Assembly (NCBI GenBank): GCA_930990645.1
Contig: CAKNQJ010000001.1
Span: 22,260-86,259 of the forward strand
Direction: 5' to 3'
DNA: 64,000 bases
Source: an uncultured Clostridium sp.
Lineage (GTDB): Bacteria; Bacillota; Clostridia; TANB77; CAG-508
The number at the start of each line of letters is the position of its first letter. The first letter of the stretch is position 1. This document shows, piece by piece, positions 61,301 through 64,000 of this stretch. Position numbers and translations under genes: made by a program. A model generated the notes under the pieces. The model had not been told where the DNA came from. It saw nothing but the letters and a program-made list of their open reading frames with translations, and ran no database searches.

Positions 61301-64000
61301 CATATGTAGGGAGAATAGACAGAAATGACAGGACGACTGTATCAGTTTCTACAGTCGATAAAACAACAAAAATAGAAATACTAGTAGGTGGCAAAACAGT
61401 AAGAGAATCTACTGGAAGTGTAACTACAGATATTGATACATTAGAAGAGACAACAAAAATTCAATTTAGAGTAACATTACAAGATAATTCAGAAAGTAAA
61501 ACATATGACTTAATACTTAACAAAAAATCTGAAGAAGCAGGAATTGAAATTGTTTCATTAGATAATACGGTATTACAGCCTGATGAGTTTGGGGTATATA
61601 GGGCTACAGTACCAGATAGTAAAGATAGTGTAAGTGTATATGTAAAAGCAATAAGTGAATATGCAAAAATACAAATTAATAGTGACTCTAATATTAAAAC
61701 TGGAGAAAATACTATACCAGTACAATTAAACAAAAATGAGGACACACAAACTGTTAGAATAGTTGTAACTGCAGAAGATGGAACTTATGAAACATATTAT
61801 TTAGTATTAACAATATTGGGGGATAATAATGCTTTAGAATATGTAAAAGTAAATAACATTGATGCAGAAAAGCTAGATGATAGTGTTTATGAGTATAGAA
61901 TTGCTCCAACAATACAAAACTCTGAAGTTGCAATAAGAACAGAAGATGAAAATGCTACAATAGTATTAGGAGAACAAAGCGAAAAAGGATTATTAGAATT
62001 AAATGTAGATACAATAGAAGAAACTACAGAAATACCATTTGAAGTAGTATCTGAATATGGAACTAGAAAATCATATACTTTAAGAATAGTAAAACAATCA
62101 ACAGATAATAGCATAAAAGAAATTAAAGTAAATGATGTAGCCGCAACAAAACAGGAAGATGGAAGTTACTATATTTCAGTTCCAGAAACATTAGAAAATG
62201 CAGATGTTACAGTAACTACAAACCATGAAAGAGCTATGGTACAGATTGAGAGTGGAGAGACAAAATTAAATACAGTAACAGAAAATGTAATATTGGAAAA
62301 CAAGATTACAGAAGTTACTATAAAGACAATATCTGAATCAGGAATAGCATTGGAAACAAGACTAGTAATAGAAAAACAATCTGATGAAACTGGAGTGGAA
62401 ATAGTAACTGTAGATGATGTGGCTGTAACTGACTATAATCCAGATACTCACACATTTACAACCACAATAATGGATAGAAGAGACCAAAGTAATATATTAA
62501 TCAGGGCAAAATCTAATATTGCTACAATAGAGTTAGGAGATGTAACTAATACAGGAACATTAACTACACAAATAGCATTAGAAGAGACTAATACAGAAGT
62601 GAAGTTCACAGTAACAGCTGAAAATGGTAATAAACAAGAATATACATTAATAATAAACCGTTTATTAAATAATACAGATTTAGAGCTTGTAGAATTAAAT
62701 GATATACAGATAAATCCTTCAAACGAAGAATTAGGATTATATGAAGAAATAATAGCTAAAAAAGCCGAAAGTGCAAAAATAAGAGTAAAAACAGTAGATA
62801 AGTATGCAAACATTAAAATAGGTGATGAGGAAGCGGCAGAAGGTGATTGTACAGTAAATCTAAGCTTAGACTTAAGCGAAGAGGTATTTACAATACCAGT
62901 AGTAGTAACATCACAAGATGGAACAACAATAAAAACATATACTATAATTCTAAGAAGAGGAAATGACAATACAGATATAAGCAAGCTTACTGTAGATAGC
63001 ACAGAAATACCATGTATTACAGATATTTTTACAGCTTCTGTAAGTAGTAATCAAGAGAATGCAGAAGTAACAATAAAATTAGCAGACGAAAATGCTACTG
63101 TAATGCTAAATGAGCAGTCTGGTAAGGGAAGTCTTACTGTAGCAGTTCCAATAGAAGGCAAAACTACAACAAAAGAAATAACAGTAATTGCAGAAGATGG
63201 AACTACAAAAACATATACTTTAGTATTAAATGTCCTAAGTGATAATAATGCTCTAGAATATGTAAAAGTTAATAATATAGAAGCAGAAATGGTAGAAGAT
63301 GGTGTTTATGAAAGTTTAATTAATCCTACATTACAAGAAACACCAGTAGAAATAAAAACAGAAGATGAAAATGCTATTATAGTAATTGGAGAAACAGGTA
63401 AAAAACAATTATTACAAATAGATGTAGAAACTATAGAAGAAGAGACAGAATTCACATTTGACGTAATATCTGAATATGGAACTAGAAAAACATATACTCT
63501 AAGAATAAGGAAACAATCAAATGATAATAGTATAAAAGAAATAAAAGTAAATAATGTTGTTGCAACAAAACAAGATGATGGAAGCTATTATGTATCGGTT
63601 ACAGAAACATTAGAAAATGCAAATGTAACGGTCGTGACAAATGATGACAAATGTAAGGTGAAAATAGGAGAAGGAGAAGAAGGCATAAATACTGCAACAG
63701 AGAAAATAGCATTAGAAGAAAAATTAACAGAAGTTATAATTAAAACAACATCAGAATCAGGAATTCCATTGGAGACAAAATTAGTAATAGAAAAACAATC
63801 AGCCGAAACTGGTGTACAAATTGTAACAGTAGATGACAAAGAAGTAACAGACTATAATGAAGATACTCATACCTATACAATTACCATAACAGAGGCAAAA
63901 GATGAAAGTAATGTTATCATTATGCCAAAATCAAATGTAGCAACTGTTGAATTGGGAGAAGCAAGTGCTACTGGAACATTAAATACTAAAGTGGCATTAG
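43312..64000 (+). CDS. Open-ended giant surface protein (>=6896 aa visible): N-terminal signal anchor, ~11 RCC1-type 7-bladed propellers alternating with Big_2 domains, then >=19 cadherin-like beta-sandwich domains; 3' end outside window
   Basis: ATG 43312 follows AGGAGG 43301-43306 and an in-frame TAG at 43300-43302. No frame-1 stop occurs to nt 64000. The ORF track shows no + ORF after 42882, which is consistent with a caller that needs a stop. My translation gives MKETGNMAKLEKIKSIKKTRMRKRLRVVAICLIIVAALAV..., many blades of type DG.V(W/Y).(W/A)G.N.YGQLG, Big_2 motifs (SSNENVATVDSNGNITAKARGKATITAT), and cadherin-like repeats ending AEDGT..TY.L. Confidence 0.92.
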   Translation, partial: MKETGNMAKLEKIKSIKKTRMRKRLRVVAICLIIVAALAVKNSGEILRVLNNGASVLDLNSALTENDSNTSLASSQPSLSGSVKPMVSAGQHHSLILKADGTVFAMGYNAYGQLGNITLANKATYSTEIVPVWIKEGQEQLSNIKKIAAGYNHNVALSNDGEVYTWGYNGYGQLGNGNTKDTSIPTKITTNAKIVDICGWVNNTLLLDENGVAYVVGQNYTDTLTKVDIDEKITQISGNLILTENQNVYEIKNLATPISGLKNVEKVYTGYLGTSTTSRTGLYMALTSEGKIYTWGKSSYGEAGTGANGTISTPTFVKMPDKTEDMTGIVEVVVGRYNVMALDKNGKIYTWGYNNYSQLGNGNATNQSLPVEITDLPQIASLGSSQYYHSIILDKNGFVWTTGYNGYGQLGIGNTTTRTTFTKLGNSYLEFTDRQKYIKVGETSPTTITAKEGFNVYDASISLAGMSYQSSNENVATVDSNGNITAKARGKATITATNQEGDQARCIVYVISNKNNTITLPSVTVTLGGTTAILREDGTVWTAGNNANYTLGIGTEIGATNPEFTQVKISEDEYLTDIVKIAEFGNASLLALTKNGEVYSWGSGANKVLGLGNDTKNKEYATKIPNLNNIIDIEMTEFDNAKALTKDGEVYTWGSNPSYDYQVGDTFGISGTPQKLTTIDNVVDISTGNFHILYLKSDGTVWANGHGTYGQLGVGSTSSSTVPVQVKMTNGYLKNVSTILANDDTSAIINSDGDLWAWGDNDYRQLGNNSTTDATLPIKVNLVSGTKAVTIGGANDAISYIANDGKVYVIGYNNKGQLAQGNANNVTTWKTAKTSDGQDITGAFSLTKGEVTSSFIIKQDGSIWSCGYNANGQLGTGDKTDIYYYEQIGKAFTEFKDRNKFIKVGETVNTSVEANEGLNAFRDLLSTNGMTYKSANTNVAKVDNSGNITGVATGETTIIATNENGEQARCIVYVIRNNDKAITIPSVSTTNNGAVAILKEDGTVWTAGNNANYTLGRGKEVSDNKEFKQVKVSENEYLTNIIKISESGNGSFLALTKTGEVYAWGYGSNFTLGLGTDKTNKEYATKIPNLKNIIDVETTSNYNAKALTKDGEVYTWGGTNTTTFQTGDNLIGISGTPQKVKVINNVIDISSGYASILYLKGDGTVWANGLNSNGQLGVGNTTDSQFPVQVKINSTSYLENISTIKSIDRIGTAIDENGNLYFWGANNYYQLGTGNSTDVKYATKATLVDGTKAIDVGGGYYSTSYVADNGLVYTIGCNNYGQLGQNNEANVTKWATAKNKYGENITGAMSISKGSYYSNFIIKQDGSIWTAGYNGYGQLGLLDTTSRNYFQEVGEAYLEFENRQTYVKAGEKIQNKVKVHAGFNVYDNLLSLDGIKYKSNDENIVKIDENGYITGIQRGETSITVTNSNGNQARAIVYVISNNKNAITMPDVSQTLDGTTAILKEDGTVWTAGNNANYALGRGTTVSDNTEFAQVKISETEYLTNVIKISEEGEASFLALTKNGEVYSWGYGAAKTLGFGADTKNKEYATKIPNLKDIIDVDVTAYNNAKALTKNGEVYTWGSNSNYEYQLGDSITNDGTPQKITLINNVIDISNGCGHILYLKGDGTVWANGYNAQGQLGNGTKSNSNAPVQVKTGSGTDYLKNISKIATAYHNSGAIDDNGNLYLWGINNYYQLGNNNTTDATIATKVTPKSGTKVLKVGGGYRFLLYETDDGKIYGSGYNANGELSQNNTTNVKTWTTLKTKEGEDFTGAFKLVNGTGASNIIIRQDGSVWAAGNNDHGQLGLYDTINRSYFQEVGEAYLEFENRQDYVKIGTTVPNKVKSHMGFNVFNSSVAATGITYKSSNEDIATVDQNGNVKGIKRGEATIIATNQEGKQARAIIYVISNNKDAITIPSVSTTYNGVTAILKEDGTVWTAGNNANYALGRGKEVTNNSEFEQVKISEDTYLTNIIKISENGNGSFLALTQTGEVYTWGNGSNFTLGLGTDKTNKEYATKIPNLKNIIDVETTSNYNAKALTEDGEVYTWGGTNTTTYQIGDNAVEISGTPEKINSIKNVVDISGGYASILYLKGDGTVWANGYNDDGQLGVGNTTESRVPVQVKIDNKTSYLKNITSIETTHKVGAAIDENGNLYLWGANNYYQLGTGNTNSVNIATKVNLVEGTKAVEVGGGTYFTTYIADNGKLYVQGYNGNGQLSQGDTTTLKTWTIAKNKYGEEFTEAFRLSNGTLQSNVVIKQDGSVWACGYNVHGELGLVDTTNRNYLEEVGEAYLEFENRQEFIKIDETVANKVSSHLGFNVFDNLLPVEGIEYKSSNENIAKVDENGNITGVARGEATIIATTKTGEKASCIIYVISNNPKAITMPTVSITRNGAIAILKEDGTVWTAGNNANYALGRGKTVTDNTEFAQVKISESEYLTGVVKISENGQDNFLALTEKGEVYSWGYGAAKALGFGDDTKNKEYATKIPNLKDIIDVEITGFNNAKALTKDGDVYTWGSNVNYEYQIGDNFEISGTPQKVRLIHNVIDISVGYAGILYLKGDGTVWANGLNDSGQLGNGATSNSKVPVQVKTKDGYLENIVKIEKVDEVGAAIDETGALYLWGNNEYYQLGTGNKTNLTVATKANIPEGVKAVEVGGSRCAIMYSASDGKVYTVGYNNYGQLAQNNTTNVTSWTTVKTKEGEDFTGAYRLGKNSYYSNVIIKEEGSVWGVGHNNYGQLGLIDTTSRSYLQEVGESYIEFENRQAYIKIGDTVTNKVQSHLGFNVFDEALSVTGITYKSSNENIAKVDENGNITGIARGEVTITATSTSGDVAKAIINVISNNENAITIPTVSTTRTGTIAILKEDGTVWTAGNNSNYALGRGETVTNTFEFDRVKVSEDTYLSNVVKISENGYGNFLALTKDGEVYSWGYGAAKALGFGDDTKNKAYASKIPDLKDVIDIDMTGFNNAKALTKDGQVYTWGSNANNEYQIGDNFEISGVPQRVRLIKNVIDISGGYAGILYLKGDGTVWANGLNDNGQLGNGVTTNSKVPVQVKVADGYLDKIVEIEYVDDVGSAIDEEGNLYLWGNNEYYQLGNGNKTNLKVATKANLPEGVKATEVGGSRRALEFISNDGKVYVVGYNNYGQLSQGSTSTITSWTTAKTADGAEVTEAYRLSKGSYYSNAVIKQDGSVWTVGYNAYGQLGLLDTTSRNYLEQVGEAEFTPKKYEHTIKVNESILLDKDDFEYAKDFNVFVEEIREIGNLSFESQNTDIATVDTKGNIIGIKQGLARIKVTNQLNGDITYVVVKVTDGKVEPMLAQGQNHTIALKSDGSVWGFGNNSYGQIGNINLNESKYVADPVPVWITEGKEQLTNIKKIAVGYNHSVALSNDGEVYTWGYNQYKQLGYSGTSSNKPTKLSFDAKIIDISGWQNNTIVLDENGNVYAWGYNFTTSISKIELPEKAIQISGNLILTENKKVYQANKPQTPISGLKNVIKVFSGYFNGSNGDFAALTDEGKIYAWGINSYGEAGNGATGSVSKPAYVKTSDGLADLTGIIDMNLTRYGVIALDYEGTLYGWGYNGYGQIGNNDKTTQKLPVVIDDMPEIEVLGNAGYYHNAFMDVNGFVWTVGYNANGQLGNGTNTNSAVYNMIGDLKIQASESKVRIHIGDKKAITAEARNTFNLKYDTVNTQLTYHMQDENIATYENGEIVAKSVGSTYLIIESEQLDVSTAVKVEVLPDEKQAIPSVQSGIDFSVALKADGSVWTWGNNTYGQLGNGTKIAQNEPVETDIKDIVTEISVGEYHVLALTGNGEVYSFGYNGNGRCGNGTTSAVATPVQVKTLENSKETVLKDIIKVKAGKTVSFAIDKDLNLWAWGKGYTKYAEKVANLENIIDVTQDYVLTAEGKVYKLSDNSKVLTVDKVRKLEEGYDHTVMVTEKGGAYAIGKNTYGQLGTGNTTDSLDSVVGVRQSDGETLFTNVKDVQAGNGNTAIFTYDNKVYFLGSNANSKLGQAVEVTNNVLPVEYTNVENPMLVSLGYNHTVIANGEGFVYDFGAGTLGQLGNLKNEDSINPVLVGTYNISLSSMVVRMHVNEQEDIQAKMDFFNLLLEDTEGLEYESYDDTVAKVDDEGIITGVGAGTTYIEFRQAGTDNRKVIIVEVLAENQVAKPQVETNGSHTIILKANGTVWSFGQNANGELGDGSYTTKDGTVKVQFDKNTKIVQIDAGTSHNIALDIDGNVWTWGSNSYYQLGRSSTNANIPGKVTMPEEIVKVAAGNNYSLAIGKSGKAYAWGYNANGELGVGTYKTVTRPAEIVGIENVIDISGGNNHSILATTTGEVYTTGDNTYGQLGSTGSKINLFTKVSGVENVIDVEAGEVHNIVRTLEENVYTWGSNIYGQLGLNDRQNRYVPTLIDGKTNIAEIAAGKANTMLLDRSGKVYITGLNSCGEIGDGTTDTKQEYVQVEKIPAGIGITTGETYSLAIRADGTVWAWGDYNHGAEDANSKTKSKVPVMIGTFSALETSSEIVLKTSETTNIGISAKEKFNVFYDYDKEPEDYTYESLNPEIADINAEGTIIGVQIGKTRVIATDKETGEKFSVIVTVIENTKVAVPQIDGGNGFAVTLKADGTIWTWGYNPEGALGDGTYETALIPRRANVVSTYSDIAVGKDFAIARRADGTVWAWGSNAHGQLGIGSHKNAPKLVQTYNIQNVKMIAAGAEHTVAVDQYGILYGWGSNTRGQLGLGSKDDVITPTIIATPEDSIISLAAGGDQTAYVTIQGEVYGLGNILNGKLDGIENVIQVEVGDNYLLLLDANGDIYEYSNSSISKIQGTSNVVDIVAKKHIRMYQDKDGITYNWGENTYGELGTNDTETKTVPTKVSENGENTFNIGAGYENSYIIKTDGFAYGAGRNNHGQLGNSMQEDSKVHTLVGDRDFELNPDNMILTVNDVKNIKIACNTFNVFNEVERNANDYDWISSETEVASVSNGMVVAKDMGTTTITARDKVTNVEKQALVVVMPVDEHRIDEITVNGELAKVAGDKKYSVTIASDKETATIRIETLDKTDKISIDGGQSYIEGGVLVQEIAVPDKVTNLPIKIQTSNGTIIDYTLEITRTSKNTNIQSIKVNDIDATPINATEYQVVVEEDVNEINIEAIAENADATVSINGETYQKAKAEYQTSMDELILTIPISVKSESETVATYMLTIYKKSTLVDLDSLVVNGQEAKRISETAFNSVIERDADMSTIIATTTYNLSRVSIAGNEALVHTATNIVETTEEATEVLITVTADYENEVLSREYTLTIYKERENAKIDLLIVNNTTIIPEGNTYVANLPNSSEEAEVRVVTALESDKVQIADTEEGIYDVTRTVKTPEEENTYTIVVTDGETGEKQQYTLIITKPSADTSIKEIIGENIEENYQEKAELVEPNTYELKVLDTMEEVDLKVTAGSKSAKVSIDGGAYQEEKAESTIKLNPDEQVDGVVKQVHITVEAENGSQKEYVLNIIIIDNDTALKQVTVNGIQAELSSTEENTYNLTLDAELDKVDVTAETVSPKSQVSINNGSGKLNISTETIVMDSKNKQVKIVVKAESGRIQDYYLNIYGLPNNTNAVFTVDGEEGTFVPEENKYVFRVNTKNNSHTLSAILEDNLAKVKLADQEEKLSQDTLTFTNDLIGQEITAIITAQDGTQETITIEFQAKSSDAEIAKLAVNNEILEADESGNYNAKVAQSAGIANIEIELSDENASVLLKNGEEELQTGKAGLSYDLSIAEITDKEIVLNIVVTAEDGTTKTSTLTLTILRGNTNIANITVDGNTVSQSEDGTYYYVMERKDTAEISVTAEDTSSKIEIDEEVSSNNILTKTIETPEEENRIGITITAEDGTEETYILVIRKISNDNYLQTIMAEGIDPSMITSTGVDAYEIKVPLSQKTLRITAITRHDAASVKLSTEDDTLYNLKEMTRDVTLSGGGASEQFKITVKAENGELREYTITVSKQNVLDIESVEASGEEAVFDAEKNAYVGRIDRNDRTTVSVSTVDKTTKIEILVGGKTVRESTGSVTTDIDTLEETTKIQFRVTLQDNSESKTYDLILNKKSEEAGIEIVSLDNTVLQPDEFGVYRATVPDSKDSVSVYVKAISEYAKIQINSDSNIKTGENTIPVQLNKNEDTQTVRIVVTAEDGTYETYYLVLTILGDNNALEYVKVNNIDAEKLDDSVYEYRIAPTIQNSEVAIRTEDENATIVLGEQSEKGLLELNVDTIEETTEIPFEVVSEYGTRKSYTLRIVKQSTDNSIKEIKVNDVAATKQEDGSYYISVPETLENADVTVTTNHERAMVQIESGETKLNTVTENVILENKITEVTIKTISESGIALETRLVIEKQSDETGVEIVTVDDVAVTDYNPDTHTFTTTIMDRRDQSNILIRAKSNIATIELGDVTNTGTLTTQIALEETNTEVKFTVTAENGNKQEYTLIINRLLNNTDLELVELNDIQINPSNEELGLYEEIIAKKAESAKIRVKTVDKYANIKIGDEEAAEGDCTVNLSLDLSEEVFTIPVVVTSQDGTTIKTYTIILRRGNDNTDISKLTVDSTEIPCITDIFTASVSSNQENAEVTIKLADENATVMLNEQSGKGSLTVAVPIEGKTTTKEITVIAEDGTTKTYTLVLNVLSDNNALEYVKVNNIEAEMVEDGVYESLINPTLQETPVEIKTEDENAIIVIGETGKKQLLQIDVETIEEETEFTFDVISEYGTRKTYTLRIRKQSNDNSIKEIKVNNVVATKQDDGSYYVSVTETLENANVTVVTNDDKCKVKIGEGEEGINTATEKIALEEKLTEVIIKTTSESGIPLETKLVIEKQSAETGVQIVTVDDKEVTDYNEDTHTYTITITEAKDESNVIIMPKSNVATVELGEASATGTLNTKVAL
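44590..52940 (+). repeat. Six tandem ~1.39-kb coding modules (Big_2 + 7-bladed RCC1 propeller, 463-466 aa each)
   Basis: The marker GAAGA(T/C)GGAACAGTATGGACAGC recurs at 44917, 46309, 47704, 49099, 50497 and 51886, with spacings of 1392, 1395, 1395, 1398 and 1389 nt. Confidence 0.9.
58320..64000 (+). repeat. Array of >=19 cadherin-like (PF12733-type) ~95-aa domains, period ~285 nt, with a 1419-nt five-domain super-repeat at the 3' end
   Basis: Domain ends of the form (A/S)E(D/N/S)G....Y.L.I recur about every 285 nt. GATAATAATGCT(T/C)TAGAATATGTAAAAGT occurs at both 61822 and 63241. Confidence 0.8.

Noticed and set aside
43641-63839. About 45 minus-strand ORFs (60-184 aa) listed by the track across the last 20 kb.
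   Set aside because: All are Leu/Phe/Ser/Ile-rich or Cys-rich low-complexity translations of the antisense of a purine-rich coding strand. They tile a region that reads as one continuous + strand protein with clear domains. They are shadow ORFs.
44590-64000. A diversity-generating retroelement or cassette-switching system acting on the near-identical repeat tracts.
   Set aside because: No reverse transcriptase, template repeat outside the gene or invertase is visible in the window. The differences between repeats are not adenine-specific by eye. Ordinary gene conversion explains the pattern.
1-64000. tRNA, rRNA, tmRNA or other classical RNA genes.
   Set aside because: No cloverleaf-capable GC-rich ~75-nt segments or rRNA-like sequence were noticed in the intergenic regions. 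The only GC-rich patches belong to repeat families A and B.

Overview
AT-rich, Clostridia-like chromosomal segment, judged from sporulation and division genes, low GC and codon style. Housekeeping genes are a 5'-truncated PBP2, minC, spoIIE, acpS, a TatD-family hydrolase, htpX, lemA, xth, an AI-2E permease and an OmpR-type two-component system. These are interleaved with four giant surface-protein genes that fill about 60% of the window. (1) Operon 5064-15808 encodes a 1744-aa DUF11/SdrD-B protein and an 1831-aa protein with an N-terminal thioester-domain signature. (2) 33586-41640 encodes a cohesin/dockerin-like protein and a 2251-aa protein with 21 Big_3-like domains. (3) The main finding is one open-ended ORF from ATG 43312 to the window edge (at least 6896 codons). 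It is absent from the supplied ORF track because it has no stop in the window. It contains about 11 seven-bladed RCC1 propellers alternating with Big_2 domains, including six tandem ~1.39-kb modules. At least 19 cadherin-like beta-sandwich domains follow. Non-coding structure is also rich. A triple 11-bp-phased direct repeat (ATGTAAC type) sits about 200-224 nt upstream of all three giant-protein loci, one copy next to the two-component system. Three dispersed structured repeat families are present. Family A is a ~125-bp palindrome that overlaps the stop codons of upstream genes. Family B is a GGGACACTCC terminator module that supplies identical ...AAT TGA ends to spoIIE and the histidine kinase. 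Family C is a hairpin element with compensatory stem changes and one nested self-insertion, always upstream of + strand genes. No rRNA, tRNA, CRISPR array or cas genes were recognised. All domain calls come from motif reading by eye, with no HMM or BLAST run.
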